A DNA stretch of 64,000 bases from Phycisphaeraceae bacterium (lineage in GTDB: Bacteria; Planctomycetota; Phycisphaerae; Phycisphaerales; Phycisphaeraceae): the NCBI GenBank assembly GCA_963674705.1, contig OY771506.1, positions 2,400,001 through 2,464,000 of the forward strand, in the 5' to 3' direction. The position numbers and the translations under genes were made by a program. Below, piece by piece: positions 48,721 through 59,843 of this stretch. Numbering within the stretch: position 1 is the first letter of the stretch; every line of letters begins with the position of its first letter. The notes beneath the pieces are model-generated. The model did no database searches. It saw only the letters and a program-made list of their open reading frames with translations, and was not told where the DNA came from.

Positions 48721-50343
48721 GGCGTCTGGTTCTTCTTCTTCGGACTTACTATTTAACGCATCGAGGTCCTGGTCCCCGTCCTCTTCTGACCAGTCCATTT
48801 CATATTCGTCGGTATCTATGTCCCACACGTGGTTGGGATTTACCAAAGGTGTCGTGGCAGGGCGGTTACGCTGATCGGGGTTGAGTAAGACGAAGCGTGA
48901 GTCGTCTGGATCATGATTCTGCCAGCGTGGATCGTTTGGATCGTAATCATCGTAGTCATCTTCGCCGATACCTGAGTCGTCAATGCCGTTGGCTCCGATG
49001 CTGTAGACGCGTACTTTGTCTTTAAGCACGATCATTTTCAGTTCATGACCATAATCGCAGGTAGGTGTCTCGTCGTAGACCTCGTTGAGGTCCTTCGGCC
49101 AACGGCCTTCACGCAGGCGGAATCGCTCGACTTCCAGAGCGGCCTCTGTAGCGGCTAATGTTGCGCGCATCTGCATATGTGCACGAAGCGTGACCTGCAT
49201 GCTGCTGATAGCAGGATAGGTAGTGTCTTGCTCGATCAATTGCAGTAGTTGCTGTGGGCTCAGGTTGGGTTGGTTTAATTCGTCATAGATTTCCAGGTAT
49301 TGTTCGGCCTGAGCGGCGGTGTTCAACTGCGATTGGCCGGGACACCAGAGCGTAAAGGTCCGGCCGACGGTGTGTTTGAACCGCTTCCAGTATGAATCAT
49401 GCGCATCGAATAGTTGGTCGAACATACCACTTATAAACGTGTATTTTGATGTTGGATCATTGAGTATGGCCACGGTGATCTGCCATGAACTGTAGTCATC
49501 ACGGGCTGTGTGCCATTGGGGATACTTCAACGACTTGGGCAGCGTGTTGAGTTCGGACATTAAGACGGGGGCGTAATCCAATTGGAATCGGTTGTCACGG
49601 ATCGCATTCGCTATGGCCACGAGTTGCTGGTCCGTCAGTTCCGCGCGGCTGAGCAAATCTTCGATCGCACCTTTACACAGACCTAAGTGGCCGATCCGTA
49701 CCAGTGAGATAATGGAGTAATGCTCCTGCGTGAGGTGGTCGGCCAGTAACAAGACGGCCAGGCAATCCGCGACAGCGCGGTCCGTATCGTTCACCGAAGA
49801 TGCCTGATATGAATCGAGTTTGAGCCACCGAGCAATTCGCCGGGACTCCCCCAAAATCTTCAGGTATGTATAGTCCTCGTTCGTGGGATCAAGATCGAAG
49901 TCGACCGTATCGTTGGGGTCGACGCGACGCAGTGACTGGAAAGCGAGTTCATTTTCAGTGATGACCTGTTGCAGCAGGTCGGCTTGTTCTTGGGAGAAGC
50001 CTTCTCCGAAGAGGGGCCAGTCCGCCATGCCATTTACCGGCATGATGTTAAATAACTTCGGGTCGTCGGTGAATAATTCCGCGGCAGCATGGTAGAAACG
50101 AGAGGCGTTTTCATGTTCGGGCGGGGATTCGGGTGCTTCGGCGGGGATGCCTCGAGATGCCAACTCCTTCAACATTTGATCCGCCGCGCGTTGGCCGCGG
50201 ATGTTGGTTATGACGATGTAGCCAATCCCCAGCACGACAACGATGAAGGTGAACCACTTGGTGACGCGCCAGGATCGGCGGATGTATCTGCGGGTACGGC
50301 TTGATTTTTCAGGTTTGTTTTCGGGCATGGGCCGGATACTCAT
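48712..50343 (-). CDS. Membrane-anchored protein with C-terminal pseudopilin (GspG)-like motif
   Basis: N-terminal TM; ALEVERFRLREGRWPKDL...YSIGANGIDD; acidic tail. Confidence 0.7.
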   Translation of the reverse strand: MSIRPMPENKPEKSSRTRRYIRRSWRVTKWFTFIVVVLGIGYIVITNIRGQRAADQMLKELASRGIPAEAPESPPEHENASRFYHAAAELFTDDPKLFNIMPVNGMADWPLFGEGFSQEQADLLQQVITENELAFQSLRRVDPNDTVDFDLDPTNEDYTYLKILGESRRIARWLKLDSYQASSVNDTDRAVADCLAVLLLADHLTQEHYSIISLVRIGHLGLCKGAIEDLLSRAELTDQQLVAIANAIRDNRFQLDYAPVLMSELNTLPKSLKYPQWHTARDDYSSWQITVAILNDPTSKYTFISGMFDQLFDAHDSYWKRFKHTVGRTFTLWCPGQSQLNTAAQAEQYLEIYDELNQPNLSPQQLLQLIEQDTTYPAISSMQVTLRAHMQMRATLAATEAALEVERFRLREGRWPKDLNEVYDETPTCDYGHELKMIVLKDKVRVYSIGANGIDDSGIGEDDYDDYDPNDPRWQNHDPDDSRFVLLNPDQRNRPATTPLVNPNHVWDIDTDEYEMDWSEEDGDQDLDALNSKSEEEEPDASP

Positions 50344-50480
50344 GCGAAGGATTGAACGGATTATTGCATTGAATGCATCTTAACCGGATCGAGTGTTCGG
50401 GTGTGAGATGCGTATGGGAGTTTGTCGCGTATGTGAGACGATGTGCGTGGATTGCTCAAGCGGCCACGCCGGGGGCGCGG

Positions 50481-51521
50481 TTATTGGGTGTGTTGTTTGC
50501 CGCCTCGGTTGTGTTCGTTTAAGACTTGCTCGTAGGCTTGGATATAACCATCAACCATCTGATCGATGGTGAACTTTTGCTCGACGTGTTCGCGGCAGGT
50601 TTTACGGTCGATGGTGTGAACCTTTGCGACTGCTTCGGCGGCTTGTTCGACGGTGTCGACGACGTAGCCGGTCTTTTCGTGGTCGATGACTTCGCGGGGA
50701 GAGCCTTTGTCGAAGGCGATGACGGGGGTGCCGCAGGCCATGGATTCGGTCATGATCAGGCCGAAGCGTTCGGGTTGCATGACAGGATGCAATACGGCCA
50801 AGGCATTACCCATCAGCTCATCGCGTTGTTCGGCTTCGACGTGGCCGATGAACTGGATCTGTCGGCCATCGATGTAGGGCTGGACTTTCTGCTTGAAGTA
50901 GTCTTCCTGCTGGACGAAGCCGGCGATGGTCAGGTGTTTGCCTGACATTTGGGCGATTCTAATCGCTTCGGCGCAGCCTTTTTCGTGGTGGATGCGGCCG
51001 ATGAAAAGCAGGTCTTCGCCGCCCCTATCACGGAAGGTGAATTGGGAGAGATCGATGCCGTTGTAGACGGTTGCGACGTAGTCGAGCTTTTTGTAGCGGT
51101 CGGAGTTGCTGATCGAAACGTACCAGGTGTTGGCGTTGTACTTTTCGTAGGCGGGGTAGATCGAGGGGCTGCTGAAGCCGTGCACGGTGGTGAGGACGGG
51201 CGTTTTAACCAGGCCGGCAAAAACCAGGGCGCGGAAGTCGCAATGGTTGTGGATCAGGTCGAACTCATCGGCGTGCTCGAAGCACTCGGCGATGTGCATC
51301 GGCATCCAGACATCCGGGTTGATCGACTTGTCGAGTTCGTACGGATGCGGGCAGATGGCGTGGAGTTTGCCGGCGGTGTGAGAGTCGGCGGTGGCGAAGA
51401 GGGTGACGTCGTGGCCGTGCTTGATGAGGCCTTCAGCAATGTTAGACGCGACCTGTTCCCACGGGCCGTAGCCTTTGGGCGGGGTCGGCCAGGCGACCGG
51501 TGAGAGTATCGCGATCTTCAT
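50481..51521 (-). CDS. Glycosyltransferase family 4
   Basis: MKIAILSP...PPKGYG, FIGRI..EKG, ERFGLIMTESMACGTPVI. Confidence 0.93.
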   Translation of the reverse strand: MKIAILSPVAWPTPPKGYGPWEQVASNIAEGLIKHGHDVTLFATADSHTAGKLHAICPHPYELDKSINPDVWMPMHIAECFEHADEFDLIHNHCDFRALVFAGLVKTPVLTTVHGFSSPSIYPAYEKYNANTWYVSISNSDRYKKLDYVATVYNGIDLSQFTFRDRGGEDLLFIGRIHHEKGCAEAIRIAQMSGKHLTIAGFVQQEDYFKQKVQPYIDGRQIQFIGHVEAEQRDELMGNALAVLHPVMQPERFGLIMTESMACGTPVIAFDKGSPREVIDHEKTGYVVDTVEQAAEAVAKVHTIDRKTCREHVEQKFTIDQMVDGYIQAYEQVLNEHNRGGKQHTQ

Positions 51522-51538
51522 GCCATCCCCTGCGTTTG

Positions 51539-53206
51539 TTACGGCATATCAACGTAATGCAGCAGCTCATCACGATGCAGTTGATATTCGCCGTTGGGTA
51601 GAGGTTGTTTGTGCATGAAGATGATATCAAACGACTTGATGTGTTCAGAGGGCGAATGAGCTTCATCGTACGACCTGGCAAGGTATTCAGCGAAGGGATG
51701 CAGGTAGTACTTGAAGTCCGGCTTGGCGAGGTTGCGCAGGTATCGACGCCAGCGCGTGCCGGGATCATGCCAGACCTGGCCTTGTGGATCAGACCAGTTG
51801 ACGGGCCTGCCTGTGAAGACGTCAATATGTGAACCGTTTGCCAGTTCAGCTGGCATGTAGAACCAGCCGTCGTAATCCAGGGCTTCGGCCTTGGGAGAGA
51901 TCATATTCCAGCCCTGATCCATACGAAGCACATCACCGCCTACGGCGACCTGCACCGGCACGATCGGCTCATCACTCACGGAGTTGAGCCATTGCAGGTT
52001 CCAGACCACCACGTAAACCAGCGCAAGTGAAGCAACGACCTGCTCCCACCCGCGGGCCCGGATGCCTTGCTGGCGGTCGGTCGGGATATCAATCAGGACA
52101 TCACCGGTACCTCGACGGGAGATGGATAAACCGGTCGGCAGCCAGTTGAGCATGGCAAACCACCACATGGACCTCGGTGGGCTGGCCCGTAAGCCTTTGT
52201 TTCGTCGGCTGCGGTTCTTGATCCAGTCCCACCACTTACTCGGTACGAAGATGAGCCAGCTCAGTGCGGCGACATACGGCAGGAGCCCGAGTTTGAGGCT
52301 CATCGCCAGTGCCAGGTGCGTGCCGATCATCGCGACGATCACGAGCATCCGTGTCCAGCCGGTCCATACGGGGCAGAACACCAGCAGTGGCGCGGCGATC
52401 GCTAGCCCGAACGCGGTCCAGGTCAGGATCGGAAGCAACCAGTCGATCTGGCGGACCCACAGGCCGAAGGATGTGACGAGTTGGTCGACGTTGAGTGCGT
52501 AATACGCCGCGTCCCGGTGCCACCACATCGGGTGGTCTTTAAAGGTCGCGGTGAACCAATAGACCAGGCACACCTGTAGCATTATGGCGACGCCCGCGAC
52601 GGAGAGCAGGTTGTTGTCTTTGCGATGACATAGTTTCAGCGGGCCTGTGGTTGCGTCGATCGACCACCGCGCCCCCAGCGGCAGCATCATGCCCCAGAAG
52701 AGCATGAGCCGTAATAATGCATCGCCGGATTGCAGGACGACCGGATTGCGATGGTGCAGACTCAGCAGCAATACCCATGATGCGAAGGTGGACAGTCGTG
52801 TGCGGATACCCAGCAGCAGTTTGAAGGCAAAGTAGCCCGCCAGCAGAAACAGGGCGACCTGCCAGTAGGCTGACCCGCTGATTACATGCAGGGAGAGATA
52901 GGAGCGTAACCCTTCGGTTTCAAACAGGACGGACCGGGGCAGAACCCCCATATCGGTGTAATGGGCGACCAGGTCTTGGCTCCGGCCGATCAGGTCGATG
53001 ATTAACAGCGAAGCCAGACCGATCCGGATTGCCGCCAGGGAGCGAAGATCGACACGGCAAAGGTCCGCGACCTTGGCGATACAGGCTGCCAGCCATATAG
53101 CGCGGGGACGCGCCGGCGGACACACCGCTGCTACCGCGTTGCCCGTAGCTTCCCCAATGCCCGGCGTCCCGGACTTCAGCCCTTGATCCCTCAAATCGTC
53201 CAACAC
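51539..53206 (-). CDS. HTTM domain membrane protein
   Basis: DLRSLAAIRI, RNPVVLQSGD, LPLGARWSID, QGWNM, RWRRY. Confidence 0.85.
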   Translation of the reverse strand: MLDDLRDQGLKSGTPGIGEATGNAVAAVCPPARPRAIWLAACIAKVADLCRVDLRSLAAIRIGLASLLIIDLIGRSQDLVAHYTDMGVLPRSVLFETEGLRSYLSLHVISGSAYWQVALFLLAGYFAFKLLLGIRTRLSTFASWVLLLSLHHRNPVVLQSGDALLRLMLFWGMMLPLGARWSIDATTGPLKLCHRKDNNLLSVAGVAIMLQVCLVYWFTATFKDHPMWWHRDAAYYALNVDQLVTSFGLWVRQIDWLLPILTWTAFGLAIAAPLLVFCPVWTGWTRMLVIVAMIGTHLALAMSLKLGLLPYVAALSWLIFVPSKWWDWIKNRSRRNKGLRASPPRSMWWFAMLNWLPTGLSISRRGTGDVLIDIPTDRQQGIRARGWEQVVASLALVYVVVWNLQWLNSVSDEPIVPVQVAVGGDVLRMDQGWNMISPKAEALDYDGWFYMPAELANGSHIDVFTGRPVNWSDPQGQVWHDPGTRWRRYLRNLAKPDFKYYLHPFAEYLARSYDEAHSPSEHIKSFDIIFMHKQPLPNGEYQLHRDELLHYVDMP

Positions 53207-53381
53207 CCGCCTCCGACGGTTACCATACAGTATTAGCGACGCTTCGACCTATCTCATCGGCTAACCGTGTGTCGCCTGCCAAAATCTCTCTGCAAAACCC
53301 TCTTGGTCAGACATGCCCGCGGTAAGACTGAACGTGATCTGACGTAACTTCCAGACAGACACTGTAACGCAACCTTGCAAT

Positions 53382-53405
53382 AAAAAACCCCACCAATAGG
53401 TGGGG
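53382..53405 (-). terminator. Intrinsic terminator of rpsT
   Basis: Minus strand CCCCACC-TATT-GGTGGGG-TTTTTT. Confidence 0.8.
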
Positions 53406-53441
53406 AAGGCTGATTTTGTGCAAATTTTTATATAACCATTA

Positions 53442-53717
53442 TTAGGCCGAGGCGGCCATTTTTTGGTTTAACTTGGCTGTTAAACGTGACTTATAGCGAG
53501 CGGCCGTATTTTTATGCATGGTGCTGGTGGAAGCAGCCTTGTCCAGCAATTTGTAGAGACCGTCGAGCTTGGTCTTGGCATCTTCATTGCTGCCGTGGAG
53601 GATCGCCTCGCGGTAATCCTTCATGGCTTCACGGATTCTGCTTTTGCGCCAGCGGTTGACGGACCGGGCTTTAGCGTTTTGACGGATACGTTTGCGGGCG
53701 CTGACTGAATGTGCCAT
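53442..53717 (-). CDS. rpsT: 30S ribosomal protein S20
   Basis: MAHSVSARKRIRQ...HKNTAARYKSRL. Confidence 0.96.
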   Translation of the reverse strand: MAHSVSARKRIRQNAKARSVNRWRKSRIREAMKDYREAILHGSNEDAKTKLDGLYKLLDKAASTSTMHKNTAARYKSRLTAKLNQKMAASA

Positions 53718-53909
53718 TTCTGGTTTCCTCTTTGTGGCTTAGCCGGTGATATCCGAGGCGATATCCCGGGGCCGGGGTTATTTTGAGCCATGTATTATGC
53801 CGGATGTTCACGGATCAGGCAAATTAGACGTGTAGTGTGCCGCTAGCGGAGTCTATCCCATGGTGCGTGTCTGCAGCGGATTATCCACAATGCTAATAGT
53901 TTCTAAATC

Positions 53910-53937
53910 TTGACATGAAGCGGGGTTTGACTAAGCT
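53910..53937 (+). promoter_or_regulatory. Candidate sigma70 promoter of the nusA operon
   Basis: TTGACA-N16-TAAGCT; a perfect TTATCCACA lies at 53881-53889. Confidence 0.45.
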
Positions 53938-54232
53938 TAGGGGTTCAATCCGGCATGGTGCCGGATTGGCCGGGGAGAGTGTGTGCCTAAGGCAGGAAGC
54001 GTTATGCGGCAGAAACAGGCCAAACTTTGGAACGGGGCGGCGGTCAAGTGATGGGCTGGCCCCATCAGTACCGTGTGCCCGGCATGCCAGGGTTCGGAGG
54101 CCATCCCGAGCGGATCACACAGACGGTCCGCGGAGAGGGGGTGGCGTTGCGGGTGTAGCCCGTGTTATGTCGCATCCTGCCGACCTCGGTGGAGTTTATT
54201 TTATGCTCCCAGCCGTTGGTCAGTTGCCTGGG

Positions 54233-54263
54233 CCACGAGCGTGTTGACGCTGCGTGGTTTTTT
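54233..54263 (+). terminator. Leader terminator/attenuator upstream of nusA
   Basis: CCACG-AGCGT-GTTG-ACGCT-G-CGTGG-TTTTTT, ~160 bp before the nusA ATG. Confidence 0.55.
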
Positions 54264-54425
54264 GTTTGGCAAGACGGCACTGTCTCAGTAGTTGGATTCT
54301 TAAAGGCCAGTGTCCGCCGGCCTGAAAAAGCGCGGACGACAATTTGGCAAGCACCGGGCCTCAAAGCGAAGCGGGCGGACCGCAAAGCAGGTCTGGGATC
54401 AGAGCAATCAGGAAAGTAGGACATC

Positions 54426-55886
54426 ATGAGTATCAACAACGCTGAAATGCTTCGGCTGATCGATTCCATCTCACGTGATCGCAACGTGGACAAGGAATCC
54501 CTGTTCTCGGATATCGAGCAGGCGATGGTTTCCGCTGCACGCAAGCACTTCAACGCTTTGGATACCGACGAATTCTCTTCCGAGGTCGATCGGCTGACCG
54601 GGCAGATCCGTGTCTGGCGCGGTGATGATGAGATCGAACTGGAAGAACTCGGGCGCATCCCCGCGCAGACAGCCAAACAGGTCATGATCCAACGGTTCCG
54701 CGAGGACGAGCGGGCCAGCATCTATAACGAATTCATCGACCGGGTCGGCGAACTGACCACCGGCATGGCCCAGCGTTACGAAGGCGGCTCGCTGGTCGTA
54801 TCAATCGGCCGGGCCGAGGGCTTCATGCCGCGTAGCGAGCAGATCCCCGGCGAGCAGCATCAGCCCGGTGAGCGTGTGCGTTGCCTGATCCTGGATGTCC
54901 GGGATGCTGGCAACCAGGTGAAGATCGTGCTCAGCCGAGCGGACGAGATGTTCATCCGTCGTTTGTTCGAGATCGAAGTGCCTGAAGTAGCCGAACGCAT
55001 CATCGAGATCAAGGCCATGGCCCGCGAGCCAGGACACCGCACGAAGATCGCGGTCAGCTCGATCGACTCGAAGGTCGACGCGGTCGGTGCGTGCGTCGGT
55101 GTACGAGGCAGCCGAATCAAGAACATTGTGGATGAACTGGGCGGCGAAAAGATCGACATCGTGCGTTGGAACGAGTCCAGCCAGATCCTGATCCAGAACG
55201 CGTTGAAGCCGGCCGAGGTGGTGGAAATCTCGCTGTGCTTTGAGCTCGGTCGCGCGACCGTGGTGGTCAATGAAGACCAGCTCTCGCTGGCGATCGGCAA
55301 GCGTGGCCAGAACGTGCGTCTGGCAGCCAAGCTGACCAACTGGGATATCGACATCCTGACGCCGCCGGAGTTCACCAAGAGCCTGGACATCCTCGAAGCC
55401 TGCCTCAAGAAAGTAGAAGGGCTGGAGGAGGACCACATCGACAAGCTGGCGGCACTGGGCGTGATCAGCGTGTTCGACGTGGAAGAAGTCGGCGCTCCAT
55501 ACCTGGAAGAAACGCTGGGTCTGGACGAAGAACTGGCCGAGCAGATGGTCAACACAGCGACCGAACGGGCGAAGGAAGTGGCCGAGGAACAGGCCCGCGA
55601 GAAGGAAGTAGCCGAGAAGGCTCGCCAGGAAGAAGAGCAGCGTCTGGCGTCGATGCCGGGCGAAGCCCAAGCGGCGTCCGTGCTGGGCGATCTGCTGCCT
55701 GATACCGGCGGCTCGATCGTGGAGATGCTGGAACAGCGCCAGGAAACCGGCGCGGATGTGGATGTTGAGGAAGCCGGTGTTGTCGTTGAGGATTCGGCGC
55801 AGCCGTCTGAAGTTGCCGATAGCGCTGTTGAGGGCGAGGGCGGCTCGGATGATGAATCAGCGGACGGTGGCGAAGAGCAGAAGTAA
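54426..55886 (+). CDS. nusA: Transcription termination factor NusA
   Basis: GRIPAQTAKQV, EVPEV, AREPGHRTKIAV, GACVGVRG, AIGKRGQNVRLA. Confidence 0.97.
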   Translation: MSINNAEMLRLIDSISRDRNVDKESLFSDIEQAMVSAARKHFNALDTDEFSSEVDRLTGQIRVWRGDDEIELEELGRIPAQTAKQVMIQRFREDERASIYNEFIDRVGELTTGMAQRYEGGSLVVSIGRAEGFMPRSEQIPGEQHQPGERVRCLILDVRDAGNQVKIVLSRADEMFIRRLFEIEVPEVAERIIEIKAMAREPGHRTKIAVSSIDSKVDAVGACVGVRGSRIKNIVDELGGEKIDIVRWNESSQILIQNALKPAEVVEISLCFELGRATVVVNEDQLSLAIGKRGQNVRLAAKLTNWDIDILTPPEFTKSLDILEACLKKVEGLEEDHIDKLAALGVISVFDVEEVGAPYLEETLGLDEELAEQMVNTATERAKEVAEEQAREKEVAEKARQEEEQRLASMPGEAQAASVLGDLLPDTGGSIVEMLEQRQETGADVDVEEAGVVVEDSAQPSEVADSAVEGEGGSDDESADGGEEQK

Positions 55887-55976
55887 ATCTGCCTTGAGAC
55901 AAGGTGGATAAATGATTTACGACGTGCCAAGGGGTGCGTCGAACCTAAGGCCGGCCGCGAACCGGGCCGGAAGGAG

Positions 55977-58928
55977 TTGGACTTGGCCAAAGCCAAGCGC
56001 GTATTCGAATTAGCTAAAGAGCTGGGTGTCAAGAGCAAGGCCATCGTTGAGAAGTGCCAAGCCGAGGGCGTCCCGGACATCACGAATCACATGTCGACCG
56101 TGAAGGTCGGCCTGGCGGTGACTATACACCAATGGTTCAGTGAAGAATCATCCGATGCTGACACAGCCGTGGAGACCGCCGAGAAGGTGGACCTCACCAA
56201 GGTGCGTAAGGCCCGTAAGAAGGCTGTGTCTAAGAGCGAATCGAAGGATGAGGATTCGTCAGCCACGGCGACCGCGACCTTGGACGCTCCGATTACGGCT
56301 CCGACGAAAGAGTCAGTGGATGAGACTTCTGAGACTACCACCAGCCCAACCAAAGCAACTAAAGCCACCAAGGCAAAGAAGATCCCCGCTCAGCCCGAAC
56401 CCAGCGAACCGGCTCAAGAACCCGTCGTCGAACAGAAGCCGGCCGAATCTGTGGTCGAAACCCAGCCTGAGACTCCGGTGGTCGTACCCGCTACCGAGCA
56501 AACAACCACAATCGAAGAAACCAAGCCTCAGGTACCTGCGGACCAGGACAAAGCCGCCTCAGCACCGGCAGCCGCTGAGGAGGCGCCGCCTGTTGCAGCC
56601 GAAAAGAAGGCTCCTGCACCGCCTGAACCGCCCAAACCGGTTGGCAAACCCAACGTCCCGACCAGGCCCGATGTGGTCAAACCCGCCGGCGAACAGTTGG
56701 CCAAGCCCCAGCAGGTTCAGCTCAAGGGCCCGAAGGTATTGCGCATCGAGAAGCCCGAACCGGAGCGACCGCCCAGACCACGCAAGCAATCCGGCGGTGG
56801 TGGTTATGGTGGCGGTGGAGCGCCGGGGATGATGGATGACGACGGCGTCCCGGGCATCACCCGTACACGCGGTCCGGCTCGTGGCCGTGGCGCAGGTGGC
56901 GGTGGTGGTGGTGGTGGCGGTGGTGGGGATCAGCAAGGCCGGCCGAACAAGCGGCGTGGCATGAACAGCCGCCGTCAACGCGGTGAAGTCTTGCCTTCCG
57001 GCCCGACGAAGTTCAGCCAGGCCGACATGGAAGAACTGGATGCCCGGCTTTCCGGCTCTACCGGTTTCCTCAAGCAGCGTCGGCGTAATCTGCGTAAGAC
57101 CGAACACTCGGGACAGGCCGCTCAAACGCCCATCGTTACCGGCGGGAAGGTCGAGATCCAGGAACCGATCACCATCAAAGCTCTAAGCGCCGCGACCGGT
57201 ATCAAGGGAGCTGACGTTGTTAAGTGGTTGTTCAAGAAGGGCATCATGGCCACGATCAACTCGGCGATCGAGACCGAGGCCGCGATGGAGGTTGCCTTGG
57301 AGTACGACATCGAACTGGAGGTCAAGGAACAGCAGACTGCCGAACAGGTTGTTGAGCAGGAATTTGCCGAACGTGATTCGGTCGATGTCCGTCCTCGCCC
57401 ACCAGTCGTTACCGTACTCGGTCACGTCGACCACGGTAAGACTTCGCTGCTGGACAGGATCCGCCAGGCGGACGTTGCTTCTCATGAAGCCGGTGGCATT
57501 ACTCAGCACGTCGGTGCGTACCGCGTCACCGTCAAGGGCTCGGATGAGCAGGATAAGACGGTTGTCTTCCTGGATACACCCGGCCACGAAGCGTTTACCT
57601 CGATGCGTGCACGTGGTGCAGGGATGACCGACCTGGTTGTGCTGGTTGTCGCTGCCGATGACGGTGTGATGCCACAGACGGTTGAATCGATCAACCACGC
57701 CAAGGCCGCCGGTGTTCCGATCATCGTCGCGTTGAACAAGATCGATATCCCACAAGCGACCGAGGAAAACATCCAGAAGATCTACGGTCAGTTAGCCGAG
57801 CACGGGCTGAACCCCGTAGACTGGGGCGGTGAAACGGAAATCATCAAGACGTCAGCAGAAACTGGCCAAGGTGTCCAGGACCTCCTGGAAGTCCTGGACT
57901 ATCAGGCTGAACTGCTCGAACTTAAGGCCGACTACGGCGGTCCCGCTCGTGGCGCCGTCATCGAAGCCGAGATGCAGCCCGGCCGCGGTTCCGTTGCTCG
58001 CGTATTGATCCAGGACGGACAGATCAAGGTCGGCGACTTCATCGTGATCGGCCGTGCGTTTGGTCGCGTGCGTGACATGACCAACGACCGTGATCAGTCG
58101 ATCAAGGAAGCCGGCCCGGCGACCCCGCTGGAACTGTCGGGTATCGACGAGATCCCGGACGCAGGCGACAAGGTCTACGTGACCCAGACCCTTCAGAAGG
58201 CGGAAAGTGTTGCCCAGCAATACCGTGACGCCGAACGTCAGAAGATGCTGGCAGCCCAGACGAAGGTCACGCTGGACAACTTCGCCGCGACGATCAAGGC
58301 AGGCCAGGCCAACCAACTGCGTGTTGTGCTCAAGGCCGACGTGCAAGGCTCCATGGACGTGCTTGTCAAGACTTTGGAAAAACTCGGCAACGACGAGGTC
58401 AACGTCAAGGTTATCCACTCCGCGGTTGGCGGCGTGACGGAAAACGACGTGCTGCTGGCCGATGCATCCGATGCGATCGTGATTGGTTTCCACGTCGTGG
58501 CGACCAGCACCGTCAGGGAGATCGCCGAAGCCCGCGGTGTGGACATCCGGCTCTATCGCGTGATCTACGATATCACCGACGACGTAACCAAGGCGCTGGA
58601 GGGCATGCTTGCCCCCGAGACGCTGGAAGAAGTACTCGGCCAGGCCGAGGTCAAACAGGTGTTCAAGATCGGCAAGGTCGGCATGATCGCTGGCTGCCTG
58701 GTGACCGAGGGCACGTTCCAGAAGTCGGGCAAGGCGAGGCTGGAGCGGGACGGGATCGTCGTGACCGACAACCGCGAGGTCGAGAGCCTGCGGCGTGTGA
58801 AGGATGACGTCAAGGAGGTTCGCTCCGGCACCGAGTGCGGCATCCGGCTTAAGGGCTTCGATGACCTCAAGCCCGGCGACACCGTTGTTTGCTACAACGT
58901 CAAGCAGGTGAAACGGAAGCTGGAGTAG
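55977..58928 (+). CDS. infB: Translation initiation factor IF-2
   Basis: [45 protein letters not shown]; long Pro/Gly-rich N-terminus; TTG start with GGAG. Confidence 0.97.
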   Translation: MDLAKAKRVFELAKELGVKSKAIVEKCQAEGVPDITNHMSTVKVGLAVTIHQWFSEESSDADTAVETAEKVDLTKVRKARKKAVSKSESKDEDSSATATATLDAPITAPTKESVDETSETTTSPTKATKATKAKKIPAQPEPSEPAQEPVVEQKPAESVVETQPETPVVVPATEQTTTIEETKPQVPADQDKAASAPAAAEEAPPVAAEKKAPAPPEPPKPVGKPNVPTRPDVVKPAGEQLAKPQQVQLKGPKVLRIEKPEPERPPRPRKQSGGGGYGGGGAPGMMDDDGVPGITRTRGPARGRGAGGGGGGGGGGGDQQGRPNKRRGMNSRRQRGEVLPSGPTKFSQADMEELDARLSGSTGFLKQRRRNLRKTEHSGQAAQTPIVTGGKVEIQEPITIKALSAATGIKGADVVKWLFKKGIMATINSAIETEAAMEVALEYDIELEVKEQQTAEQVVEQEFAERDSVDVRPRPPVVTVLGHVDHGKTSLLDRIRQADVASHEAGGITQHVGAYRVTVKGSDEQDKTVVFLDTPGHEAFTSMRARGAGMTDLVVLVVAADDGVMPQTVESINHAKAAGVPIIVALNKIDIPQATEENIQKIYGQLAEHGLNPVDWGGETEIIKTSAETGQGVQDLLEVLDYQAELLELKADYGGPARGAVIEAEMQPGRGSVARVLIQDGQIKVGDFIVIGRAFGRVRDMTNDRDQSIKEAGPATPLELSGIDEIPDAGDKVYVTQTLQKAESVAQQYRDAERQKMLAAQTKVTLDNFAATIKAGQANQLRVVLKADVQGSMDVLVKTLEKLGNDEVNVKVIHSAVGGVTENDVLLADASDAIVIGFHVVATSTVREIAEARGVDIRLYRVIYDITDDVTKALEGMLAPETLEEVLGQAEVKQVFKIGKVGMIAGCLVTEGTFQKSGKARLERDGIVVTDNREVESLRRVKDDVKEVRSGTECGIRLKGFDDLKPGDTVVCYNVKQVKRKLE

Positions 58929-58931
58929 GAT

Positions 58932-59020
58932 TCGTGACTGGTGGCTAGTGTCTGGTGGCTGGCCGGACATGCCATGTGCCGCTTGATAGACCAGCCACGA
59001 ACCACCAGACACCAGCCACC
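58932..59020. repeat. Inverted array of TGGTGGC-type heptamers
   Basis: TCGTGACTGGTGGCTAGTGTCTGGTGGCTGG ... CCAGCCACGAACCACCAGACACCAGCCACC; a related run lies at ~23285-23302. Confidence 0.65.
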
Positions 59021-59024
59021 ACCT

Positions 59025-59315
59025 ATGGTCATCGGGATACTTCAGGTTGAATTGACGATCGATGGGGCGGACTCGCTTAAGGACAAGCGTCGTGTGGTCA
59101 GCAGCCTGAAAGATCGGCTGCACCGGGAGCACCAGGTCTCGGTGGCCGAGGTCGGCACGCAGGACACGCACCGAACCGCGACCCTTGGGCTGGCGGTGGT
59201 CAGCACCGAAGTACCGCACTGCCAGGGCGTGCTCGACGGGATATTAAACAAGCTGCGAAACGGTCGAGGCTTTGTCCTGGCCGATCACAAAGTGGAAATA
59301 CTGTCCGGGAGATAG
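59025..59315 (+). CDS. DUF503 (YlxP-like) protein
   Basis: SLKDKRRVV.SLKDRL...VSVAEV..QD. Confidence 0.9.
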   Translation: MVIGILQVELTIDGADSLKDKRRVVSSLKDRLHREHQVSVAEVGTQDTHRTATLGLAVVSTEVPHCQGVLDGILNKLRNGRGFVLADHKVEILSGR

Positions 59316-59432
59316 ATGGAAAGGTATTACTGGATGATGGATTAAAGAATGAAGAAACTCAGTGATAGCCAATAAGTTTGTTTGCTATGTCTATCCCAAT
59401 TCGGCATTCATGATTCGGATTCCATACTAAAA

Positions 59433-59843
59433 ATGTCACACCGCATCGCACAAGTTGAAGCCACGTTGAAGAAGGCGGTTGCCGAGGTATTGCAGCGAGA
59501 CCTGTCCGACCCGCGTGTGGATGCATTTGTCAGCATCACCCGTGTCAAAATCTCGCCCGACATGGCATACGCGACCATCTACGTCTCGATCATGCCCGAG
59601 GAAAAGCAGAGCAAGAATATCCATGGCCTGCAAAGCGCTACCGGTCATATCCGGAAACTGGTGCTAAAGAAAATGGCGACCCGCACGGTACCGAGAATCC
59701 GGTTCGAGTTGGACGAGTCATTGAAAAAGCAGGCCGAAGTATACGCCGCCATTCAACGCGGCAATGAGAAAACACCACCCTTAAAGGGTGACACCCCCAA
59801 TCAGACCCCCGCCGACGAAGGCGCAGAGGACGAATCGAAGTGA
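59433..59843 (+). CDS. rbfA: Ribosome-binding factor A
   Basis: DPRV..VSITRVKISPDM, VPRIRFELDES; position after infB/DUF503. Confidence 0.93.
   Translation: MSHRIAQVEATLKKAVAEVLQRDLSDPRVDAFVSITRVKISPDMAYATIYVSIMPEEKQSKNIHGLQSATGHIRKLVLKKMATRTVPRIRFELDESLKKQAEVYAAIQRGNEKTPPLKGDTPNQTPADEGAEDESK

Noticed and set aside
53881..53889. oriC at the rpsT-nusA spacer
   Set aside because: Only one perfect DnaA box, no box cluster, and no dnaA/dnaN/gidA nearby.
53940..54260. SRP RNA, tRNA or tmRNA in the nusA leader
   Set aside because: No cloverleaf with TTCGA loop, no SRP helix-8 motif and no tmRNA ends recognised.
56895..56928. GGT/GGC microsatellite in infB as a phase-variation tract
   Set aside because: It is an in-frame trinucleotide run encoding a poly-Gly linker, common in IF-2 N-termini.
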